The notes below the pieces were generated by a model. It had not been told where the DNA came from, did no database searches, and worked only from the letters and a program-made list of their open reading frames with translations. Shown here piece by piece: positions 1-7,990 of a DNA stretch of 16,230 nucleotides. Each line of letters opens with the position of its first letter. Positions within the stretch are counted from its first letter, which is position 1. This DNA is from Candidatus Thorarchaeota archaeon (GTDB taxonomy: Archaea; Asgardarchaeota; Thorarchaeia; Thorarchaeales; Thorarchaeaceae), in the NCBI GenBank assembly GCA_020348985.1, contig CP070761.1:175500-191729 (forward strand). Direction: 5' to 3'. The position numbers and the translations under genes are program-made.

Positions 1-98
1 TGCAAACAATCACAACAATATCCCTTACGAGAACAACCAGGATAGGAGCAACCACACCGTTCGAGATTCTTCTCAACATTGCAAATTCTATCAGTCAT
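1..98 (-). CDS. Small Cys-rich protein, DUF6485-like (5' part; runs off the window edge)
   Basis: Not in the ORF track. Minus strand from ATG at 98 reads MTDRICNVEKNLERCGCSYPGCSRKGYCCDCL... with no stop before the edge. The C-x-C-x-Y-x2-C-x-RKG-x-CC-x-C pattern matches my recollection of DUF6485. Confidence 0.8.
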   Translation of the reverse strand, partial: MTDRICNVEKNLERCGCSYPGCSRKGYCCDCL

Positions 99-193
99 TG
101 TATGCTCGACACTTTTGCAAAGACTGAAGGCTATAATCTGTTTGGTCTGACATGTCTATTTCACTCAGAACATGTTTTCCAATTATCCACAAT

Positions 194-2341
194 CTAGTTG
201 GTAAACAGATGCATAACGTGGTCTATTACTTGGCTCACAGTTACTTTGTTTCCATTGTCCACTATGCTGGGATAATGCTGTGAATAGATTTCGAGACACC
301 TACTCAAATACACTGCAAAGTCATCCAGAATTCTAGGAGTGTCTCCTTGATACATTCTCATCGATTCTCTAGCTGAATCAACCATTGTATGTTTGAGAAC
401 GTTCCATTCTATTTCGGGTGGAGAGATCATTCTCTTTCTACATACAAAAACCATGTCGATTGTGATATTCGATTTTCTGTGCAAATGAGTGGAAGCTTTC
501 ATTTCGCTGCGTATTGGATGCACCGTGCTAACGAAGAACCCGGCATCTAGAACAGCGCCCATCATAGATCCCCAAGCTTCGGGTCTCCTGTGATGGAAGG
601 TAAATACCAAATGCCCATCATCATTTAGAACACGGTTTGCTTCAGAGAAGATTCGGGTCAGCCCTTCGAGAAACTCTTTCTCTCCCTTTCCCTGTACTCT
701 GTTAGCTATCACTTCTTCTTTCCAAGGAACGAGACTCTGTTTGAAATACTCATATCTATCTTTCAGGAATTCTCTCAACCACACATAGAAGAAATTTGAG
801 AGTTCTGAATACATCACATTGTCAGCATATGGTGGATCAGTTACTACAGCGTCAACAGCACCATCCGGAATCTCTAATCTCTCTGATGAGCCACACCCAA
901 GCATTGCATTGCCCCGTATTCCTAGTTTCTCGAATTTTTCAACGAACAAACCAACAATAGGTCTGGAATGCTCTACTTTCGTCTGTTGCTCTTCAAAGAC
1001 TATTCTCTCAAACGGTTTCTGGCAATACTGTTTTCCTTCTATGACCAGTCTCACAAATGCAGTGAATGATCCTCGTCCTTTGGCTGTATCATAACAATTG
1101 GCTTCAACAGGAGCTGCTGATGGAGAGAATGAATGAGTTCGAAACAAATCAGTGATGAACGCCCGAGTGCTGTTGTATTTTGCAAACATGTTGTTGTACT
1201 TCAAACAGTTTGAGAATGCTAATACGAAGAACTCCTTCAGGTTCCAATCTTCAAGTTGATTAATCCATTTTGCTATCTTGCCAAGATTCAGTAATTGTCT
1301 CTTACCGAACATATCACTGAACCGGACATATCCATGATTCAAAGCACGTCTAGTTTCAACACCTTCAGGAATCGGAGCATCAGGAATGGGAAGAGTATCC
1401 TTAATCTCGTTGAATTCTAGCTCAGCCCTTTGCAATAGCCCGTGGTCTGCCAAATCAGCTGTCTTGTATCCTCTGCCTCGTTTGAGACTAGTATGACCTG
1501 ATTCATCACAATTCCTACAGTAGAACTCAACTGCATACATACGTTCTCTTGGTCGTCCATTCTCACGAATCCAATCGACAATCTTCTCAGAACCACAATC
1601 ATCATTTGCACATCGATATTCTTGTCTTCTTCCCACAAAGCCCCCCTTGGGTAGAAAGGACATGTGACATTTGCCACATTCCACACGAGATTCCAGATCT
1701 TCAGTTTCAAGGATGTCCCAACACCTAGGACAGACAACAAGATTTTTCTCATTCACAGGAGACTTGGCAAGAAAGAGGTCACGGAGGAGAGAGGTTTCTA
1801 TTCCACATGACGGACAGTCAATCTCCTTAGAGTAGAAATAGTAAATACCTTCAGCTTCGTTTTCACAATAGGGGCAAATCGTAACATAGTATTTCCTTAG
1901 CTCACTTCCCAAGTCCCTTTCCAACTGGTCAAGCGCAGACACCAAGATGTGTGGGTCAATACCCTCAATCTGTTTCTTGACCACAAACCATGCAACTGGA
2001 TTGAGATCCCATCCAATAACATTGTTTCCCAGTCGAAGAGCTTCAACGATTGTCGTTCCGCCTCCCATCATCGGGTCCAGAACAATCTTCCCTCTCAAGT
2101 CCAGTTCATCTGGGTACAAACTCCACAAGCTATCCACATTCTGATCCCATTTCTCTAAACCACTGTCAGCAAGAGTATAGAGAAGGATTGCTCTGAACAC
2201 TGATCCAACTCTTCTGGCCCACCACTTGTGCATCACAGACCAAGGCCTATAATGGCGGCGACCAAAGCCTGTAGATTCTCTTTCCACTATTCGATTCAAA
2301 TCCTGAGTTGGGAATACAGTTTCTATCGGACTTCTCCGCAG
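194..2341 (-). CDS. Adenine-specific DNA amino-methyltransferase with Zn-ribbon insertion (COG1743/DUF1156-like)
   Basis: N-terminal MHKWWARR motif, SAM-binding LDPMMGGGT, catalytic VTDPPY, and six Cys pairs (CPYC, CPSC, CPRC, CGKC, CANDDC, CRNC) between the motifs. The track starts at TTG 2299, but the frame is open upstream and the start is more likely CTG 2341 (SD-like GTGGGGGT at 2355-2348). Confidence 0.88.
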   Translation of the reverse strand: MRRSPIETVFPTQDLNRIVERESTGFGRRHYRPWSVMHKWWARRVGSVFRAILLYTLADSGLEKWDQNVDSLWSLYPDELDLRGKIVLDPMMGGGTTIVEALRLGNNVIGWDLNPVAWFVVKKQIEGIDPHILVSALDQLERDLGSELRKYYVTICPYCENEAEGIYYFYSKEIDCPSCGIETSLLRDLFLAKSPVNEKNLVVCPRCWDILETEDLESRVECGKCHMSFLPKGGFVGRRQEYRCANDDCGSEKIVDWIRENGRPRERMYAVEFYCRNCDESGHTSLKRGRGYKTADLADHGLLQRAELEFNEIKDTLPIPDAPIPEGVETRRALNHGYVRFSDMFGKRQLLNLGKIAKWINQLEDWNLKEFFVLAFSNCLKYNNMFAKYNSTRAFITDLFRTHSFSPSAAPVEANCYDTAKGRGSFTAFVRLVIEGKQYCQKPFERIVFEEQQTKVEHSRPIVGLFVEKFEKLGIRGNAMLGCGSSERLEIPDGAVDAVVTDPPYADNVMYSELSNFFYVWLREFLKDRYEYFKQSLVPWKEEVIANRVQGKGEKEFLEGLTRIFSEANRVLNDDGHLVFTFHHRRPEAWGSMMGAVLDAGFFVSTVHPIRSEMKASTHLHRKSNITIDMVFVCRKRMISPPEIEWNVLKHTMVDSARESMRMYQGDTPRILDDFAVYLSRCLEIYSQHYPSIVDNGNKVTVSQVIDHVMHLFTN

Positions 2342-2450
2342 GTTTGAACCCCCACTTGTTGTGATAATTCCATAATACAGCCAACCCCTATCAAGATTCC
2401 TTAGTCGTCAGAAACATATTCCATACCAATATTGGACTGCTGAGTAATCC

Positions 2451-2457
2451 TTTTATT
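2451..2457 (+). promoter_or_regulatory. Putative TATA box of tRNA-Tyr
   Basis: TTTTATT about 30 nt upstream of the tRNA 5' end, the usual archaeal spacing. Confidence 0.5.
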
Positions 2458-2483
2458 GCAACTTCGAGTGGAATCGATTCACA

Positions 2484-2560
2484 CGGGACGTAGCTCAATC
2501 TGGCAGAGCAATGGACTGTAGATCCATCGGTTGCCGGTTCAAATCCGGCCGTCCCGACCA
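2484..2560 (+). tRNA. tRNA-Tyr(GTA), intronless, CCA encoded
   Basis: Acceptor CGGGACG/CGTCCCG with archaeal/eukaryal C1:G72 and A73. Anticodon arm ATGGA-CTGTAGA-TCCAT, T arm GCCGG-TTCAAAT-CCGGC, ends ACCA. Confidence 0.97.
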
Positions 2561-2593
2561 TTTATTGTGAACTATGTTCTCCAAAGCAGCATG

Positions 2594-3598
2594 TTACTTC
2601 TTGCTTACCTTGCTAACGATAACTTCGGGCAGATGGATAATGAAGCTGCATTCAAGATCACCCTTGAGCGCTGACTTGACCATCTTCACCTCCAGAGGCT
2701 GGTCGAGAGCTACTTCCCAAGGCATCTTTGTAAATCCAGCACTGCAATAACAGAAAGTTGGCGAGACTTCGTGGTCTCCAGTCTTGATAGCTTCTCTCGC
2801 CCATGCACAATGGCAATAGTAGTAACGCTTCATACGTTCATCCGTTTCTGCAAGATACTCCTTTGTCAGGTATGGAATTTTCGTATGATAGATCGTATCT
2901 CCTCTGCGTTCACCTGTCAGCATGTCCGGACGACTTTTGACGAACTCAAGTACCTCATCGGTGACTTCCTGGTTGAAGAACAACGTTTGCTCTTCATTGT
3001 GTTTCTCTAGCTGAGCAATTGCTCTTGCCCTTTTGCTTCTGATATAACCGTCAATATCCTTTGCATTGAGAAATCTATTCCTCTCTTCTGCATGATACTC
3101 CTTAGGCATTCCATGAGCAACATCTGACAGTACTTTCTTGCAGGCCTTTGAATCTACTATCTTCTCCATTCTTTCCATAACAGCCTGTGTGAACTTTGGC
3201 TTTTCAGAGGAGGGAGTGCCCAGTGGGGGCAGCTCGATTCCCTCGAATACCTGATCTCTTGTCTTGCTGCTAACCTGCTGACCAAGCTTCTCAAACAGAA
3301 TTTCAGCAACTTCTGCTCCATCTAGAAGCTCCAGAACCGCAAGATAGAGGTCGTTGTTACCAGAGAAGTAACCGTATCGGGCAATCGCCGCATAGTTATC
3401 GTACGTATTGTAACCTTTCTCAATCATGAAGGCTGAATAGCCTACAAAGTCCTCTGAAGTCACTGATTCAAGACTCTTTTGAGGCTCTGAATCACTAATG
3501 TAATTCTCAAACTCTCTTACGGTTGCTATTGAAAGTCCAATCTGATCCTCAGGAATTTCTCGTTTTCTAAGATAAACACGAAATCCGTCTTCGTCCAT
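2594..3598 (-). CDS. DUF6144-like Cys-rich protein (V4R-like C-terminal ligand/metal-binding domain), function unknown
   Basis: C-terminal YYYCHCAW...FCYCSAGF..K..WE...GD..CSF.IHLP pattern. The start is more likely ATG 3598 (or 3604), behind SD-like GAGTG, than 3679 from the track. Confidence 0.72.
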   Translation of the reverse strand: MDEDGFRVYLRKREIPEDQIGLSIATVREFENYISDSEPQKSLESVTSEDFVGYSAFMIEKGYNTYDNYAAIARYGYFSGNNDLYLAVLELLDGAEVAEILFEKLGQQVSSKTRDQVFEGIELPPLGTPSSEKPKFTQAVMERMEKIVDSKACKKVLSDVAHGMPKEYHAEERNRFLNAKDIDGYIRSKRARAIAQLEKHNEEQTLFFNQEVTDEVLEFVKSRPDMLTGERRGDTIYHTKIPYLTKEYLAETDERMKRYYYCHCAWAREAIKTGDHEVSPTFCYCSAGFTKMPWEVALDQPLEVKMVKSALKGDLECSFIIHLPEVIVSKVSKK

Positions 3599-3833
3599 GG
3601 TCATCGCACTCAGTACAACCAAGCAATCAACTGCTATTTTATCAATAAGGCTTTCAAAGCAACCGAGTGAAAGATACAAATCAGCTTTCTAGATCTCGTA
3701 CTATCCCTCGGCTATCTAAGATTCTCTCAGTTTTCCTAATAGGCCTATAAACGTCAAGATGATGCTATTCTGGAGTATTACCGTGTTATTACAGGTGCTT
3801 TAGTACCTTGATACTACACTGAAGTCTGGTGTA

Positions 3834-4127
3834 GTGTCAAAAATGAGAGCCCTAGAAGCCAAGATCAGAGAAGGTCTGAGAATAGCTGGTATAGACTGTC
3901 AATCAGTATACCAGATTCCTAATGAAGACGCCCCACGAGTCCTACTCGCATTCGGTTCAAGCAGCAAACATCTGACACCTAGAAGAGTGAAGAAAGTTCT
4001 AGACTCGCTCGGGATTGGTCAATTCAATGTTCCCAATGAGTTTCAACGTCTAAGTGCAGCTTTCTTACATCTGGAAGTCGTAATGGGAGCCAAGACAGAA
4101 CAGACAGTAGTATCCAGTGCACTGTAG
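3834..4127 (+). CDS. Hypothetical protein (97 aa)
   Basis: Fills an otherwise empty gap, with GGTG just before the GTG start, TATAAA at 3746-3751 and globular-looking composition. No family recognised. Confidence 0.65.
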   Translation: MSKMRALEAKIREGLRIAGIDCQSVYQIPNEDAPRVLLAFGSSSKHLTPRRVKKVLDSLGIGQFNVPNEFQRLSAAFLHLEVVMGAKTEQTVVSSAL

Positions 4128-4187
4128 GATACTAGTCGCAGAAGTGATATAGCTCTCAGTATCTCTCCATGTCGGAGATGCTCCGAT

Positions 4188-4955
4188 ATGGACCTTCAAC
4201 TTGACAACAAAACAATCCTTGTGACCGCAGCTTCTCGTGGTCTCGGTTATGCAACTGCTAAGGTTCTTGCTGATGAAGGTGCAAATGTCATAATCTGCGG
4301 CAGAACTGAGGACTCTCTAAAGAGCGCCAAGACCACAATTGGTGGTTCGACCGAATACGTAGTAGCTGATGTTTCTAGGAAGGATCATATAGTGAGTCTA
4401 ATTGCCAAGATTCAATCAATCAGTCCAGCACTTGATGGACTCTTCGTCAATGCTGGAGGCCCTCCACCTGGAACTTTCTCAACGATTTCTGACGAGGACT
4501 GGAGGCATACTTTCAATCTTACACTAATGAGTGCTGTATGGCTAACAAGAGAGTCGTTGCCGCTTCTTCGCAAGTCAGATTCGCCATCAGTGCTGTATAG
4601 TACATCGATTTCTGTCAAGCAACCGATAGACAATCTACTTTTATCCAATTCAATGAGGCCGGCAGTAATCGGAATGATGCGGACCTTGGCCGATGAGATA
4701 GGTCCCGAGTGTATCCGTGCAAATGCAGTTTGTCCTGGCTATATCTACACTGAACGAGTTGAAGAGCTCATGGCCCATTCGAGTGATGGAGAAGTCTCTC
4801 CCAAGGAAAAGATTGAGTCAACCATACCACTTGGGAGAATGGGCAATCCTGTTGAATTCGGTAGGGTTTGTGCTTTCCTACTCAGCCCAGCAGCAAGTTA
4901 TGTTCATGGCGCACTGCTGCTAATTGATGGTGGTCTCTACAAAGGCATGATGTGA
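4188..4955 (+). CDS. Short-chain dehydrogenase/reductase, BKR/FabG-like atypical subgroup
   Basis: TAASRGLG nucleotide-binding loop, VNAGGPPPG, NAVCPG, IPLGRMG and IDGG. The catalytic YxxxK is replaced by SNSMR. Confidence 0.92.
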   Translation: MDLQLDNKTILVTAASRGLGYATAKVLADEGANVIICGRTEDSLKSAKTTIGGSTEYVVADVSRKDHIVSLIAKIQSISPALDGLFVNAGGPPPGTFSTISDEDWRHTFNLTLMSAVWLTRESLPLLRKSDSPSVLYSTSISVKQPIDNLLLSNSMRPAVIGMMRTLADEIGPECIRANAVCPGYIYTERVEELMAHSSDGEVSPKEKIESTIPLGRMGNPVEFGRVCAFLLSPAASYVHGALLLIDGGLYKGMM

Positions 4956-5927
4956 CTATATCTTGAAACCGAAATCTGTAGGATCAATTCTTCCAAGCAT
5001 CATCAAGGCAGTTCTGGCATACTCTCTAATCTGCTCATCAGGATCTTGAAGTAACTGTTCCAGGCTGCCCGCAGCAGGTGGATATGGCGAAACTCCCATT
5101 GCCCACGCTGCTGTACGTCTAACTTCACTGTCAGTTGAAAGCAACATCTCGGCTATTGCTCTCTGGATTATTTCCGAACGTTTCTCAGCAAGTAGCTGTA
5201 TCAATCTGATCTGCCTCCCAGATTGAACCAATTTCATTGCATCAGCCAGTCCCTGCAGAGCTTGCGAATCATCCATGTCCCTCAGTCCGCGGACCGCCCA
5301 ATCGCGGACTTCTTCTTCCTCATCTTCGAGGGCTGCTAGCATGCAATTTATAGAAGACGGAGACCCAATCCGACTTAGAGACCATGCACTAGAAACGCGA
5401 ATCAACTTCTCCGAATCACCAAGTAGTGCACACAGAGCACCTAGGCTCTCATCATCACCAATATTGGTCAATGCGAACACAGCTTCTTTTCTAAGGTCGA
5501 CCTGTTCTTTCGAATTTCTTGCAATCTTCCTGAGCACCCTTCCATATCCATTCGGATCAGTAGTTGCCAGTATATGAACTGCCCACTTCCTAGCTTGAAA
5601 GACTTCTTCATTATCTTCGAGGATTTCCTTGACTTCAGCATTCAACGATTCCATTCGTACACGGTATGCAGCCTGCAATCCTCTAATTCGTACCTGCGGC
5701 TTATCATCTTTCAGAGCATACTCGATTACTGTGACTGCAGCAGAGTGGGTTACGAAGTCAACGTAATCCAACACAAATAATTTGTCTTCGATAGAAGTGG
5801 AATCATCACCAAAAACCTGACTCAACATTAGCTCGAATTCTTCAAGATGAGAGTTGATATGTTCCGCAGCCTGGCGTCGTTCGGCACGGTTCTGACAACT
5901 CTTGAGTCGGTTGAGCAAAGTAGTCAC
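4956..5927 (-). CDS. HEAT/PBS-lyase repeat protein
   Basis: Repeated L.D....VR..A..AL units (ALKDDKPQVRIRG, LGDSEKLIRVSSAWSL, LEDEEEEVRDWAVRGL, LLSTDSEVRRTAAWAMG, LQDPDEQIREYARTAL). Confidence 0.9.
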   Translation of the reverse strand: MTTLLNRLKSCQNRAERRQAAEHINSHLEEFELMLSQVFGDDSTSIEDKLFVLDYVDFVTHSAAVTVIEYALKDDKPQVRIRGLQAAYRVRMESLNAEVKEILEDNEEVFQARKWAVHILATTDPNGYGRVLRKIARNSKEQVDLRKEAVFALTNIGDDESLGALCALLGDSEKLIRVSSAWSLSRIGSPSSINCMLAALEDEEEEVRDWAVRGLRDMDDSQALQGLADAMKLVQSGRQIRLIQLLAEKRSEIIQRAIAEMLLSTDSEVRRTAAWAMGVSPYPPAAGSLEQLLQDPDEQIREYARTALMMLGRIDPTDFGFKI

Positions 5928-5974
5928 TTAGTCACATCCAATCTATCATGCATCTTGTGATATCACATCTGACT

Positions 5975-6994
5975 TCAATAGATACTAAATGCATCTGCAT
6001 TTGGCTGCTTCCACTTTTCTTTCTGAGGATTGAACCTAATTACCGTGTGGTAGGCTGCCATCTGGAAAGCAATTGAATTTGCAATTGCTTGTCCTAGCGG
6101 CGTTTCCAATCTCAGCTCATTGTCCACATACAAATGATACGCATTCATTCTCAGTGTTTCTCTCAAGACCCTCAAGTACGCCGTGTCTTCCGTGGTTGGT
6201 GGACTATCAGTCACAAACACAACAGAGTCACCTTCATTGAGACTCAGATTCCAATGATGTGAATATTCTTCTCTATGTGCAAGGTGAGCCTTAACTAGTG
6301 AGTACTCATTGAACTTCATTAGTCCAATGTGTGCCGCTATGTGATTTGGTCCATCAGACACAAAATATAGGGGAATGCCAAGGTCAACAAAGTCAGAAAT
6401 CACTTTGCCTGAGATTTCTGCCCAATCAATCAATTTCTTTCCGAGAGTTTCAAGTCTAACAGAATCTCGATAAATGCCAGTTTTCGACGTTCCACATTCC
6501 ATTGAAACTCTTCTCAGAATGTAGGCCATGGCAGTTGTCGTTGGAGATGAAGGGCTTATGTTGTACGAATCGACGCCAGCATAGGTTCGCCAGACAAGAT
6601 CGACATTCTGTGCAGCTCTCCCCTCCGGGTCATCAGTCAACACCACAGTGAAGGCACCTTTCTGTCTGGAAAACTGCAAAGCGTTGATTGTTGCCACGCT
6701 TCGACCTGACGCAGTCACACCGATGACCACGTCTTTCTCATCAAGGTGTACTCTACTGATATCTGGGGGTGCGAATGCATTTGCATTCACACCGTTCTGC
6801 AGGAATACCCACTGCCCATATCTAGCGACAGCAAAAGAATCACCACAGCCTATGAGTATCACCCTTTTTCTGTCACCAAAGGTTAGATTATCTTTCTCAG
6901 TTTTCTTGATTGTATGAGAAATGGATTTCTCCTGAGCCCTAATTGCACTGTAGCATGCTTCAAGAAATCTGGTCATTACAACTGACTCCATCAT
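5975..6994 (-). CDS. Double-SIS-domain sugar-phosphate isomerase/deglycase (GlmS C-terminal/AgaS/FrlB-like)
   Basis: IGCGDS, GVTASGRS...T and LMKFNEYS....REEYSH resemble GlmS-type SIS motifs. No N-terminal glutaminase domain. Confidence 0.85.
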   Translation of the reverse strand: MMESVVMTRFLEACYSAIRAQEKSISHTIKKTEKDNLTFGDRKRVILIGCGDSFAVARYGQWVFLQNGVNANAFAPPDISRVHLDEKDVVIGVTASGRSVATINALQFSRQKGAFTVVLTDDPEGRAAQNVDLVWRTYAGVDSYNISPSSPTTTAMAYILRRVSMECGTSKTGIYRDSVRLETLGKKLIDWAEISGKVISDFVDLGIPLYFVSDGPNHIAAHIGLMKFNEYSLVKAHLAHREEYSHHWNLSLNEGDSVVFVTDSPPTTEDTAYLRVLRETLRMNAYHLYVDNELRLETPLGQAIANSIAFQMAAYHTVIRFNPQKEKWKQPNADAFSIY

Positions 6995-6999
6995 ACTGT

Positions 7000-7464
7000 C
7001 TACAGCATATCAACGTGCGGCGGTGTATATCCTAGTTGTCTTAGCAGTCCAACCAGAAGTCCACGATGATGTGCTTCGTGTGTTGCTAAATGAACCAGCG
7101 CTTTTGTAATCGTGAAGCTCACTGTCCTGTCTGCCCATCGTATGCTACTAACATGTTGAAGCTTCTTCTTATCCAGATTCCTTAGAAACTCTCTTGTCTT
7201 GCTTTCGATTCTTTCCCAAGATTCTACTATCGCAGAAACATTGTCAAAGTCCTCATACTTCAACCATTGCTCTTCTTCGCCTTTCAGCAATGAAATCCAA
7301 TATGCTTCTGTATTCGCCAGATGAACTAGTATATTCCTGACTGAACCTTGCCCTACTCCTAAGTTCCTTGTGAATTCCTCAGAATCAAGATCACCCAATC
7401 TATGAAGCAGAGTCTTTCTAACTGCATAGTTGTGCTCCAGCAACATCTCAATGCACTGCAACAT
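7000..7464 (-). CDS. DinB/YfiT family metalloprotein
   Basis: SVRNILVHL...EAYW and HLATHEAHHRG...LRQLG give the DinB His triad. Start uncertain (ATG 7464 preferred over GTG 7503). Confidence 0.88.
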   Translation of the reverse strand: MLQCIEMLLEHNYAVRKTLLHRLGDLDSEEFTRNLGVGQGSVRNILVHLANTEAYWISLLKGEEEQWLKYEDFDNVSAIVESWERIESKTREFLRNLDKKKLQHVSSIRWADRTVSFTITKALVHLATHEAHHRGLLVGLLRQLGYTPPHVDML

Positions 7465-7593
7465 TATAGATTCTCTTGATAAGTGCGTCCTTATCATATT
7501 CACGTTGTAAACTAGTTCACCAGCATTTCTTTTCTGGCCAATTCTAGACTATCCATAGCTCATTGGAAAACAGACAGATTGCCAGAAGAATAG

Positions 7594-7671
7594 TGGCGCC
7601 CCCGCCGGGACTTGAACCCGGGTCTCAAGAGTGACAGTCTTGAATGCTAGGCCGAGCTACACTACAGGGGC
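7594..7671 (-). tRNA. tRNA-Asp(GTC), intronless, CCA encoded
   Basis: Reverse complement gives acceptor GCCCCTG/CGGGGGC, G73 and CCA. Anticodon arm CAAGA-CTGTCAC-TCTTG, T arm CCGGG-TTCAAGT-CCCGG. Confidence 0.97.
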
Positions 7672-7851
7672 AGGAAAACGTGCAGCCAGCCTCTGTCGCC
7701 ATAGGTTTTCTATTAAACCTGTCGGAGTAGTATGTGCTTACCTAACCTTGAGATAGTTTAACACAATGCTTTTTACGCTCCCGGCTGCTACGTACATCGG
7801 CTCAGAATTCCGCTTAGCCTCGATTAGATGGTATGCCATTTCCTTGTTCTA

Positions 7852-7867
7852 AAGAAAACCTTTTATG
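7852..7867 (+). promoter_or_regulatory. Putative BRE-TATA promoter for the tRNA-Lys / RNA polymerase transcript
   Basis: Purine-rich AAGAAAACC immediately followed by TTTTATG (7861-7867). It is the best archaeal promoter match I can see upstream of tRNA-Lys and rpo2. Confidence 0.55.
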
Positions 7868-7920
7868 CCCACAAAAGTCCCGTCCGATGCTCAGGTCGAA
7901 CTGCTTCCCACCCATGCATG

Positions 7921-7990
7921 ACCATATGTCACATCCTATCACAATGAGCACACTAGACAATATCCCAATACAGGATGTGTTGCATATGGT
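7921..7990. repeat. Imperfect inverted repeat / long hairpin
   Basis: ACCATATG (7921-7928) pairs with CATATGGT (7983-7990); CACATCCT (7930-7937) pairs with AGGATGTG (7972-7979). Confidence 0.75.

Noticed and set aside
4636-4660. SDR lacking the catalytic YxxxK (has SNSMR)
   Set aside because: This substitution is typical of a known atypical BKR-like SDR subgroup. It is not novel and not a sign of pseudogenisation.
7528-7590. Inverted repeat TTCTGGC/GCCAGAA (with inner CCAAT/ATTGG) downstream of tRNA-Asp
   Set aside because: Short stems with large unpaired stretches, within chance expectation; at most part of a terminator region.
2560-7594. Integrated element bounded by the convergent 3' ends of tRNA-Tyr and tRNA-Asp
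   Set aside because: No integrase or transposase, no duplicated tRNA 3' end seen, and the cargo looks like ordinary metabolic or hypothetical genes.
7766-7852. 28-aa ORF MLFTLPAATYIGSEFRLASIRWYAISLF in the tRNA-Asp/tRNA-Lys spacer
   Set aside because: No SD, no recognisable motif and not Rpo5-like; a length expected by chance.
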